Positions 52,988-64,000 of a stretch of 64,000 bases of DNA are shown here, piece after piece (position 1 is the stretch's first letter; each line of letters starts with the position of its first letter). Under the pieces are notes generated by a model, which searched no databases, had not been told where the DNA came from, and saw nothing but the letters and a program-made list of their open reading frames with translations. This DNA comes from Monocercomonoides exilis PA203 (Eukaryota; Protista; Preaxostyla): contig LSRY02000009.1 of assembly GCA_001643675.2 (NCBI GenBank), positions 1,488,001-1,552,000 on the forward strand, read 5' to 3'. A program made the position numbers and the translations under genes.

Positions 52988-53863
52988 CGTCAAATCGGAA
53001 ATAAGAAGATTCAATCAAAAATCTGATTTGATCATGCCCATTTTAGGAGTATCTGTTCAAAACAAATTGGGATAAAATTTTATCCTTTTCCAATTTTGTT
53101 CCACACAATATTTCCTATAATTTTTTTCTCAACTTTTGAATTTTTCTGAATTTTTTTCATTGTTACAGAAGATTTATTATGAAATAATTGCAGAAAAAGT
53201 TGTGAACAAATCCTTATTATTTTTCAAAAAACCAAAAATTTCGTCCCAAATTTGGAACCATCACAATAGTTGGGCATCCCGCATTTTCAATGGGAATCAA
53301 TAAACACAACAGTGAAAAGAAACATTTTCATCAAAAATTCTCATATCTTTCAGAGGTGATAATGAAAAATCTGATTTTTGTGAATTTTGACAGAATCATT
53401 CATTCATCAAAACAGACAATCACCAATATCAAAAGTTAGTGTTCAAAATGAATAACTCACTTTGGACTGTTTGAAAGATATGTGGGTAATTGTTATTGAA
53501 ATAATATTTTGGATGTTGATAATTTTTGTGTGAAGTTTTGTTGTGATTGGTTTCAAATGATCACTGAGAAGAAACAATACCGTACAAAGATATCTTCATC
53601 TTTCTTTCATCTTGTGCATAAGCTACTGTTATAGCTGTGATGTATTTCACATGTCAATGATTATTTTCAAGATTGTGACAAAAAGACTATTGAAATCTAC
53701 ACCCAAAAAACAATACAGTCAAAACAGGAAATAATCACATCGAGCACAAACACATTTGTTTATTATAACATTTTTTGAATTTATTTCCATTTATTTTTCA
53801 TTGCATGTAATCACAGGACCAAATATATAAAATTGCATTTTGTCTCTTAATGGGTTCATTTTT

Positions 53864-54192
53864 GGAGATATGATATTTCAAATATAGATCCAACCGGACC
53901 GGATCAGTGATATTGATTTATTTATCCATGCTACTGCGATACACGATATTTCAATAAAAAGTTATAGAAGAGCTGTGGTATGAGATTTATGGACAGCAGC
54001 ATTGCTTTTGTTTCATTGTTTATTGTGAGGTGATGTGCAATGTCTATGAACAATTATATAAATAAATGATGGAATACAGTACTATAGTCTTTGTTATTGA
54101 TAAATCGTGAATGCATAAGTAGTTTGATAAATTAATGATGAGGAAACTGATGTATATGTCCGGTCGATCTATATTTGAAATATCATATCTCC
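53864..54192. mobile_element. MITE (329 bp) with GG...CC termini
   Basis: Perfect 27-bp TIR GGAGATATGATATTTCAAATATAGATC followed by ACCGGAC; no TSD; abuts the duplication end. Confidence 0.85.
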
Positions 54193-54465
54193 AGGAAAAT
54201 TGATAGTTTTAACCATGTTTTAAGTCAATAAGTGTTATCAGCATTGTGAATTGACATGTGTGAATTGACATGCGTGTATTGAAAAAATTATTATCAATAT
54301 TTTTCTTATATCAAAGTTTAAAAAGTTGATGGGAAGAAAGAAGATATATGCAACTGTTGAAGAAGTAAAGGAAGCACAACAGAGACAGATAAAACAGTAT
54401 CAGGAAAGATGAAAGCAACAAACAAAGTATTACAAAGAACATGTGTCTGAGAAACAGAAGAATAT

Positions 54466-54556
54466 GTATAAATTTTTTTGAAAAGTTCCACGACTTTTAT
54501 TTTGTCCCACAAAAGATCAAAAATGATCAATATATATTGAACATTCCGTACCCATT
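54466..54556 (+). mobile_element. R-type terminus of a fourth Sola-like element (D); other end not found in window
   Basis: ATAT then GTATAAATTTTTTTGAAAAGTTCCACGACTTTTATTTTGTCCCACAAAAGATCAAAAATGATC, nearly identical to the R end of C. Confidence 0.8.
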
Positions 54557-55051
54557 CTAGTTTGAAAATGTTATTTGTTGTTATTTATTTCGCTTTTAAT
54601 TGAAAAATAGGATACAAAATTGTTCATATCATATAAACTTTTAACTTTATTATGAAATACACACTTGCTAGCAACTGCTATCGAGCTATTTGAATCAAGT
54701 GAGTTGCATGTTTTGATTTCTTCATTTTCATTTCATCTTTTCGAATATTCTTTATGATTTTATGAACAGGAGCTGAGATTTTTTTATTTTCCTTTTTGAA
54801 AGATAAATAATATTTGATTTGCTTGAATAATTGAATTTTTTTAAGAAATTTTCAAACAAGAAAAACTCATCAAAACGACACTCGTAACAATCGAAAGATA
54901 TTCGAAAAGTTGAATGTATTGAGCGATAATAAATGTTATCATCCAGATATGCAACATGAAATGTTATTATTCAAAACAAATCTTCATTGTTACAAACTCA
55001 AAAATACAATCTCTTCTCTTATAAAGATTCAAAAAGTTTGTATCAAACAAC

Positions 55052-56943
55052 TTGTTTTCATATCAGCACGTGTTGTTTTCTTCGTCTATTTCACAGTTCT
55101 GGAAGCGGAGAAGAGAAGAGAAGAAGGCTGGATGGGACAAGCAGCCAGTATGCTCTTCATCTTCATATACATCATCAGCGCTTGCAATTGATTCTTCATG
55201 TGCATCTGTGGTGGAGGCATTATTCACGTTGGAAGCATCGATGGACGACATCCAGAGGCGGCTGCGGATTGTGGTTTCAGATACGACTGTGGTGTTTGCG
55301 CAGAACATGCCGCTGTCGCTGCGGATGCTGCGAGTATATGCTGTTTTGCTGCAGGTGGTGCTGCATGGGGATATGTTGTGTGTGTGCCTGCTATGTGGCA
55401 CTTTTGGAGAAGCTTTCCGTTCCGCAGGAGGCGCAGCTTCCAACTCTTGCAGCTTCTGTGGGAAAGATGTCTGAGAGCAAGAGGTTCTTTTTTTCAGCGG
55501 ATGCGAATATATTCCCATAGATCTTCGATCTGTTTGACCCGTCGCTGCTGCCGTCTGCGATAGCGCGGCTGGTGCTGCGATCGTCTCAGTCGAGGCTTGC
55601 GGTGGTGAAGCTGGACGACGAAGTGAAAGGGCGATGTGTTGCAGTGTATGAAGTGGGGAAAATTGTGGAGAAGAAGGTTGTAGGTGGAGGGGCTGAGGAT
55701 GGAGGAGGTGGATCTGTCTCCAGCAACGATTGTGCTGGCTGTGCTGGAGGAGCGAAAACAAGTGGAGGAAGGAGAACGATTCAATGGGAGACTCAGAGGA
55801 ATGTTCGATCATTTCTACAACGAAAAGTTTTATAGAAATGATTATTTCTGTGAAGCTGATGTTAAAAAATGAGCGAACAATTTGTCAATAATTGAGAAAA
55901 AAGACAAATGTGATGAAGAAGCAATGGGAAAAAGTTGTTTGATTTATGCGGAGTGATAAAAAGAAGAGGAGGAAGAGGAGGAAGAGGAGGAAGAGGAGGA
56001 AGAGGAGGAAGAGGAGGAAGAGGGAGGAAAAATTGAGTGCACCAGGAAGAAGGAGTGAAGAGGTTGTTCTATCTGGTCGATGGCTGATGAACAGTGTCTT
56101 GAACCAAAAAGGCAATCAACGAATGATGCGTGTGCGAATTGCACACGGGCAGACTTTTGATGTGCTGGGCGAGCTGAACATTCCGCTGTCATGAAGTTGT
56201 GCTAAGACGCAGGTGAAATGGTGGAGATGCAGCTGAGGAACAAAGCCGAAGAGGAATCTAACTTTGGAGTCGTGCGAGATCCTCGTGCAGCATGGGATAG
56301 AGAGTGAAGCAGTGATGAAGCAGGTTATTGTGGAAGACTTGGTAGTTATGTTTATCGTACTTGTTGAGTGACTCGAGTACAAAGCAGAGGAGTACGAGTT
56401 TGTGATTGATATCTTTATTAACCAAGTTGAGCTGATCCGCCTTGCGAATGAGCACATTGTGATGAAGTAGCGGAGACTGTGCTGAGGAGTGACAGCGTCT
56501 GTTGTGATGGAGCATAGATGATTCTGCGAAGGTGAAGTTTACAACTGAGAAGGAAATTGAAGATGCATGACAGAGCAGAGAAGGAGAAGAAGCAGGAAAT
56601 GCGAAGGAGATTCTGAGCAATTGTTCAGCGACACTATCAGTGCATGCGTTTGAGGGTGTGTTTGATGGGGCGACTGATGCGGACACGCAGCTTATATGGT
56701 TTGGTGAGTGAATGGAAGCAGAGGTGCAGAAGGATCGGAGGCGGATTCATTCAAAAAGTCAGACAAGAGGCTTGGTACAGAAGAAGTGTTTATTTGAGAA
56801 GACAGTTAAATGCTGCACAGACGATGGGTTTACGCGGATATGATGCTTCGTACGCCATTTCTAACAGACCAAGCTTTCTCAGCGGTTGTTCCTATGGATG
56901 CTTCCATGGCATTGAAGATGGCAGCAGAGGATTTGCATTATAA
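55052..56943 (+). pseudogene. Family-X hypothetical gene (decayed), inward of the D terminus
   Basis: RRLRIVV, DLRSV*PVAA, EEVDLSPATIVLAVLEERK motifs shared with the A and/or B copies. Confidence 0.6.
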
Positions 56944-56949
56944 TTCTAT

Positions 56950-59900
56950 TTCTTCTTCTTCTTCGTTGTCGTCGTCAATTTCTATTTTTTTGAGTGTCTG
57001 TTCCTTCTTCTCATCCTCCTCATCGTCTCAAATATCTCATCTGTCACATTCCTCTTCTTCTGTCTCTTCATCAGCCTCAGCGCATACATCTCTGGAAGCA
57101 CCTGCTTTGAACAGTATATCGAATGCATGTGTTCTGACGAGTCGCCCGTTGATGTTTCTTGTTTCATTGGCTTTACGGCATTTGCACAGCTCCATCGACC
57201 TCCTCATCTCCTGATGCGACGAATGGGAAGAGTGTGACGAAGGAATTGGTGGATGCACATCATCAAGAGGAGTGGGGGATTTGAACAGACGAGGAGGCGA
57301 ATAGAAGAAGCGCTTCTGCGACGAGGTGTGTAAAGATGGAGAGTACATGCCAAAGAAAAGCGGCGGCGCATCAGTTGCTGAAGAATAAAGAGGCGCAATA
57401 AGAGCAGATGAAAGAGAAGAGGATGAAGTGGTGGAGATGATAGCAGACGAAGTGACTGGAGCTGGCAAGTTTGATGAGGCAGTTGGGGCTGCAACAGCAG
57501 CAGATCGTTGGAAGCTTCCTAGATGAACCAAATGAGAAGGATGCAAGGGAGAGCTTGCCTGTGTGAGAGACAACTGCGATGTGGCTGAGGATGTGCGGGT
57601 GTGGAAAGAGTTCGTGTTCAAAGAGGAAGACAATGATTGAGATTGAGATTGAGACTGAGACTGAGACTGAGACTGAGACTGAGATGAAGGCTGAGGTTGT
57701 CGGGTGAGTGCGGGGCCAGGCGAGGTGGATGTTGACATCTGCTGGATGGTCTGAGAGAAGGAAAGAAGAGCAGAGAAAGAGGAGGAAGCGAGAGATGTTG
57801 GAGAAGTCAGAGAGGCCAAGGAAGAAGAAGCAGAGGAAGATAAAGGTGGAAGGGAAGAAGACGAGGACGACGACGAAGAAGATGCAATGGATGTAGTTGA
57901 AGATCCCCCAAGCACAATCGTAGGAGCCAATAGTGATGCAGTCACAGAAGACGATGTGTCATCAAAGAACGAGCGAAGCGTGGCTAATGCAAAAGTGGTA
58001 GATAATGGAGCGTTTGAGGTGCTTATCTCAGAGAGGAGAGCTGTTGATGAGTGTGTGCGTGCTATTGAAGTGGTTGTTTGAGTGATGGCAGGTGCAGGGA
58101 AGACGAGGGCAGTGGCTGAGACAGATGAAAATGAGGATACTGTTTATGAAGGAGAAGAAGAAGAAAAAGAAGGAGGAGGAGGAAGAAGAGGAAGAAGAGG
58201 AAGAATTTGAAGCAGAAGAAGAAGAAAGCAATTTTTGGAAAGATTTTTCGACAGATTTTCCATCTTCATCAACAATCACAAAAAGATAAGTGTCATCTTC
58301 TGCATCTGAAGAAGAAGAGGGAAAAGAAGAGAAGGTAGAGGAAGAGGAAGAGAAAGAGGAAGAGAAAGAGAAAGAGGGAAAGGAAGAGGGAAAGGAAGAG
58401 GGAAAGGAAGAGGGAAAGGAAGAAGAAGATGAGGGAAAAGAAGATAATAAACAATTATTATTTTTTTCTATATTCTTCTTTTCCATTTTAGAAGAAGAAC
58501 ATTCATCAATATTGTTGTGAAGATTGGGAAAAGGCAAAAGTTCCATTGTAATTAGAGCAGAAAGGAAAGGCTTTGATGGAGGAAGAAGAGAAGAAAAGGG
58601 AGAAGAAGAAGGAAGAGAGGAAGAAGGAATTGGAGGAAGAGAAGATGAGGAAAAAGAGAAAGAAGAAGGAAGAGGAGAAGGAAATGAAGAAGGAGGAGGA
58701 AAAGAAGGAGGAATGTTTGTAAAAGGAGAAGCATGACTAAAGGAAAGGAGAGTTATATTAGAAGAAGAAGAAGAAGAGAAAGAAAAAGAAGATGACGATG
58801 GTAATAAAAAATTTGTTGCTATTGCAAATGAAGAAGAAGAGGGATAAGAAATGTTTGAAGAAAAAGAGAAAAAGGAGAAAGAGGAGGAAAAAAAAGGAAA
58901 TGAAGAAGAAGAGGAAGAAGGAAGAGGAGGATGAGGAATGAAGAAATCAACAGGAGCTGTTGAAGAAGCAATTGGAGTGTTTTGTGTGAGAGAAAGAGGA
59001 GGAATAAAAGAAGAAGAAGAGGAAGAAGAAGGAAAAGAAGAAGAAGAAGTATTTGAAAAAGAATAAGAATTATAAGCATTTGAATCAGAAGAAAAAGGAG
59101 GAGGAGGAAAAGAAGAAGAAGAAGCAATTTAATCAGAAGAAGAAGCAGAAGAAGAAGAAGAAAAAGAAGAGGAGGAGGTGGTGGTGGTGATGATAGTGGA
59201 AGGAGAAGACGAGGGAGAGCATGGCTGAGATATTGGATATGAAGAAGAAGAAGAAGAAAAGAGGATCAAGAAGAAGCAGTTGAGTGCGAAGACAATTCAA
59301 CTCCGATCGAAGCGCACACTCTGCCCTACAGCAGGGAGGCTATGTCTGAGTCCCCGAATACACTCCTCAGCCACGGGTTCGACTTTTTGCTTTCCAAATC
59401 CGATTTGAAAGAGAGCAAAAGCAAAACTTCAACCATTTACTCCTTCTTATTTATCCCAGGAGCAACGATGGTGTAAAAGCCATTTGTCGTGAAGTTCTCT
59501 TCATCATTATCACCATTCTTTTCATTCCCATTCATCTTGTACTCTTCTTCATTCACTTCACTTTCCCTCCTTTTCCCCTCGTCTTCTCCCTCTTCTCCAT
59601 CCTCTCCATCCTCTCCATCTTCTACATTCTCCTCTTCCTTTCCTCATCTGTCGCACGCTCCTCCACTCGCTTTGCAACCATCTGCCTCTCTGATGGATTC
59701 GTCTGACAGTGTTACAAAGATGATGAAACTGCCTGATGGTATAGGCGAAGTTGATGTCTCATCTTCCATTCGACTCTGAAAGCTGATAATGGTGAGTGTG
59801 GAGAAGAGGGAATAAAAGAGAGAAAGCGAAATGATTAATCTTTGCCAAAAAGAGTGAGGTGGAGGAAGAGGAAGTTGAAGAAAGAGGTTGCTTTTTGAAA

Positions 59901-60300
59901 TCATTATGTTTCATTTCAATAGAAGCGCTGATGATTGAATGCTCATATTGAAGTGAACTCCCAACATTGCATTCATTAAAAGCTGAGGATGAAGGTGAAG
60001 AAGGAAAAGAAGGAAAAGATGTGGATGAATGGAATGGATCTGAACGAAAATAAAATTGGAAATTTGAAGACGAATGAGGATGCTGATGCGTATTCAATGC
60101 TATCTCTTTTAATCAAAACTTTGAAAACTTTTGTGACAGCAAAGAAGATAACATTTACAGCTTTTCTTTTTTCCTCTCAGACTTTTTCAACTCGTTTTTC
60201 TTGTGGAATAAGAAGAGGAAGAGTATCTCCTTCATTGGATAGCCCAGACTGTTGTTCAGGTTCAGCAAACGAGTCATATAAATCATCTCCAACAATGTGA
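56950..60300 (-). pseudogene. Ser-rich low-complexity hypothetical gene, frameshifted
   Basis: Minus ORFs 57037-57945, 58028-58546, 59644-59904, 59759-60097 separated by slipped purine repeats. Confidence 0.4.
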
Positions 60301-60303
60301 ACG

Positions 60304-60305
60304 AT

Positions 60306-60359
<54 letters not shown>
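60304..60359. repeat. (ATTT)n microsatellite
   Basis: Directly visible. Confidence 0.9.
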
Positions 60360-60362
<3 letters not shown>

Positions 60363-60749
60363 TAATTTTTTTTTTGTATAAATTTGTTTTTTAATTCTGA
60401 AAAGACGGAAAAAGTTTATTATGTTTCTTTTTTATCAAACACATATACACTTATTCTTTTTCTTCGCCTTCATTTGTTGTTTTAATAATTCCATTTTCCT
60501 CTTTTTCAACAATTTTAATTTCAAACGTTTATTCTATTTTTTGTTTCAGTGAAAAAAGTTGAAATTGAATCTTTTGATTGAAAAATTGAATTCAGTCGAT
60601 AAAAAAACAGAAAATGCTATGAAAAGAGAAGATACCATTTTTGCAGTTGAGAAGATAATTGATAATTGAATAGATGAATTGTGAAATATAAAAATATTTC
60701 AAAATTATTGGGTTATATCCAAATCAGAAGATTTTATAATGATTAATTA

Positions 60750-63082
60750 CCCTTGGTGGAAAACCCGGTAGTTTGTGGAAAACCCGGTAGTTTGATATTT
60801 TCAAAAGTTGGTATTAAAAGGAAATAATTGCATATTTGATGGCTACAGCTTAAAATATCGAAAAAGGTTTCAAACCAGATGAGTTTTTTAAACAATAACT
60901 GCAAATTATTCTTCAAATAATATTATTAACCTTTTTGAGACCAATTGGAACTTTGTTTTGTATTCAAATAAAGAGTGCTTTTTAACTGAAATAAAAATAG
61001 ATAAAAATCCACACTAAACTTTTTGTGTCATTGCAACTACTTGTTACAATTTATCCCCTCATTTCTTCAAGATTTAATAAATTCATTCGTTGATCTGATG
61101 TATTATAATGGAAACTTCTGAAAGTTTATCTTCTAATCACCTCAACCGATTAATTGCATCCTCTGATTACCGCTTGCTTTCATCGCCTTCTAAAAAAATA
61201 TTTGAAATAAAAAAGAAATATACAGTTTCGTGGAAGACAGCAGTGGGATCGCATGCCATCTCCAATGGAGCTTGGGAAAGGGGAATGGCTGCGTTGAAGG
61301 CAAAGCGCCAAATTGGTATATCGGGTCGGCCTTCGATTATATCGAAAAAACAACTTGAAACTGTGGAAAATCAAGTTATTGCTCTTCTTTCGGAACAAAA
61401 GATTATCAGACTAAAAGATATTCATTCCATGGTTATGAAAATTATTTTTTTCTTATTTTTCAATTTTGACTTTTATAGATTCAGGAGGTTTTGAATGCAG
61501 ATCGTGAAAGTGGAGAAGAAAGAAAAGAAGTGAATTCCAAATATGCATATGATTTAATAAATAGGAGTGAAGTTTTAAAGGCAAGTATATCTAGACCCAT
61601 GGAAATTGCTAAAATCCGTGCGCAATCACCAGAAACAATTCGTGAATGGTTCCTTAAGTTGTATTCCATTATAACAACGAACAACATTGATTTGACAGAC
61701 ATTCACAATTTTGATGAATCCTCTGTTCGAATTGGAGAAGGAACAGAAAAGCTTATTGTTTGCCTCAAAAACCAAACGCCACCTTCTTTTCCGATATTAC
61801 CAAAAACGGAAAATGCAACTTTATGTGTTCACATTTGTCCCAACGTGTCTCATCTTCCACATATATTAATACACCCACGAAAAAAGATACCACAAGAGTT
61901 TTCTTTTTTATCATCTTTCAATATATTATATGTTGGTTCTTCATTAGGTTGGATAAATTCGGAAAAATTTCGATTCATCATGATTCAGAAATGGTTTCCT
62001 TTGATTTCCGATAAACTGAAAGTGTCCCAATCAAAAAAGGCTCTTCTTTTATTAGGCAATCACAGATCTCACCACGATCCAGAAGTTATTGCTTTTGCAG
62101 AAAAAAACAATATTATCATCGAATTTTTACCACCTAACATGACACACCTTCTCCAACCTTGCGACAATTGCGTGTTCTCCAGATTCAAACAAGTTTTACA
62201 GAACTCTTTTGTTGCGCCCTCGCATTTTACAACTTCTTCGTATCGAAAAGCTTTGGCTGATGTTCTGCCAGAAGCATTATCAGCAGCAACGTCTCCTTCA
62301 ACGATAAAAACAGCATTTCTAAATACAGGAGTTTATCCAGTGGCAGCTGCACCGGTGCTTTCTCGTGTGAGTGGTTCCCCTGTTCGTCAGAAAAAATCAT
62401 CTTCAGATAATTTATCTTCAAATAACTTAAAGCAAAGTTTGTTTGGAGATTTTTCTCCAAAAGAAAAACGAAAATTGAAAGTGGAAAAGCAAGAAAAGTT
62501 GTCGACAGAAATGGATGAAATAGAAAAAATGGATGAAAAACTTGTTTTTTCAGAAGAAAAAGAAAAGGATGGACAGAATGAAACAGAAGAGTTAACAAAG
62601 GTGGTGAAAAGGAAGGTGAGACTCAGGAGAAAAAGAATGGATGATGATTTTATGTATGGAAACGAAATGAGCTATATATTTGAGGAAGATAAAGAAACTG
62701 AGGCATTTGAACGCAATTCAAAAAATTCACCATGCAAGCGAAGAAAAGTCGACGATGAGTCTTAATCCGTGGACAATAATGAAACGATTTTATTTTTTTG
62801 AATGTTATTTCATTTTTTTGCATTGAAAGAGAACTTATTTTAAATATTGGATTGATTTGTCCTTTATTATAACATTTCACAAATGCAAAAATATATGATA
62901 ATACATTTTGATTTGTTTCTTTTTTGTTTAATTCAATTATTAAACTTTTCAAACATCTTGCAAAACGTAAACCAAAATGTACAAAAAATATTGAGTGGAA
63001 ATAAATGTTAAAAAAAAACAGCGCCAATTTTGAGTCCACAACTACCGGGTTTTCCACAAACTACCAGGTTTTCCACCAAGGG
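60750..63082 (+). mobile_element. pogo/Fot1-like (Tc1/mariner superfamily) DNA transposon, full length 2.3 kb
   Basis: ~43-bp TIR CCCTTGGTGGAAAACC(C/T)GGTAGTTTGTGGAAAACCCGGTAGTT, 1 mismatch, with an internal 19-bp direct repeat; TA at 60748-60749 and 63083-63084. Confidence 0.92.
61108..62765 (+). CDS. pogo-type (DDE_1) transposase, 2 exons, ~536 aa, second catalytic Asp replaced by Gly
   Basis: Intron 61432-61478 (GT-AG, 47 nt) joins ORFs 61108 and 61491 in frame; GRPS linker, IHNFDESS, GWIN, LLLLGNHRSH, LPPNMTHLLQPCD. Confidence 0.85.
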
Positions 63083-63299
63083 TACATGAAAGTTATTTTT
63101 AATTTAATAATCATTTCACTGTTTTTAAAAAAGGAAAAGAAGTCTTTCAAGAAATACATTTTTGATAATATCAAATGATATATAAAAAGTGTATTGAAAT
63201 ATTCGTAAAGCAATAATTGATTCGTTTTTGTTTTCTCTCACATTAACATAATACTTCAAAGCACTCGTAATTTATTTCTTCAACATTTGCATGGAATTA

Positions 63300-63974
63300 A
63301 AGTTAATGTGTTGTGAAAGCTTGCAATAAAATTATTAAATTTTTTTCACAACCTTTCAAATGCCTTCTTTTTCAATTTTTTCTTTTCGCTTCTTTTTTTT
63401 CATCATCTTCCTCTTCTTTCAATTTCCTTGAAATTGCAGTAAAAAATTCCAAGCTTTCATATGTTGTCATATCATTCAACGTTGGCAGCTGTATCCCCTC
63501 CAAAACAGCATCAACAGCTGCACATTTTAGAAATCCTTCAACGTTCACGCTTCTATTTTCTGATGCTTTTCTCAAGGAATAAATTTACAAGCAGCAAATA
63601 TCTCCATTATTCCCTTTTGATGCTCTAAGCACCTGAACAATGCTGCCAGTTAGTTCAGCAAGTACTTTATTCCGCAATATGTTTGAGTCTAAGAAATAAA
63701 AAAATTCCTTGAACCATCTCTCGATTACAAGCTCTTCTTTCGTTTCTTTTCCCATTTCCTCTTCTTTCTCTCTCTTCCAGTCGATACACTTTGACAGATA
63801 TTCTAATTCTTTTGTTGACTCTCTTGCAAAATGAAGCTCATCTGCAATCAATTCTTCCAAGCTTTTGTCAGTGTGCAATCTGTAAATCAAAAACTGCCAA
63901 GCAGACTGATAGGCCAGTCGCGTCAAATTTCTATGCTCCTGATAATGCAGGATTATTTCGATCATTTCATTCAA
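63300..63974 (-). pseudogene. Expanded hypothetical family (ELHFARE motif), frameshifted
   Basis: ORFs 63585-63974 and 63372-63575; paralogue of 1645-2266. Confidence 0.65.
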
Positions 63975-64000
63975 ATTCTGTTCTCTTTTTATTTTTTTTT

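Larger units (their letters stand above)
34188..53863 (-). repeat. Right arm of inverted duplication, interrupted by element C
   Basis: Mirror of 24110-32287 once 35776-47294 and one ATAT are removed. Confidence 0.9.

Noticed and set aside
59360-59395. tRNA/SINE B-box (GGTTCGAC followed by a T run)
   Set aside because: No T-stem pairing, acceptor stem or A-box; lies within minus-strand coding-like sequence
54466-64000. Full extent of element D
   Set aside because: No L-type end followed by ATAT found in the window; it may lie beyond 64000 or be lost

Overview
AT-rich eukaryotic DNA with short GT-AG introns, the standard genetic code and many decayed lineage-specific genes. The gene families resemble those of the oxymonad Monocercomonoides; this is inferred from recalled family style, not a database result. 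DNA transposons organise the window. Main finding: a family of large, cargo-carrying Sola-like elements with 21-24 bp TIRs (G..TGAAAAGT), asymmetric L/R subterminal regions and 4-bp AWWT target duplications. Element C (35776-47294, 11.5 kb) encodes an apparently intact 4-exon, ~1040-aa DDD transposase plus ~7.6 kb of decayed cargo. Its empty insertion site is in the other arm of an ~8.2-kb inverted duplication (24110-32287 / 34188-53863). Elements A (8348-14389) and B (14394-22956) lack a recognisable transposase, share one AAAT target and carry different cargo. A fourth end (D) starts at 54466. A and B sit inside a ~21-kb element with 935-bp matching inverted arms whose tips resemble the pogo-type element at 60750-63082. 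Also present: two Merlin transposase pseudogenes, a MITE at the duplication breakpoint, and a duplicated, intron-containing UDP-sugar epimerase gene with a long N-terminal extension.
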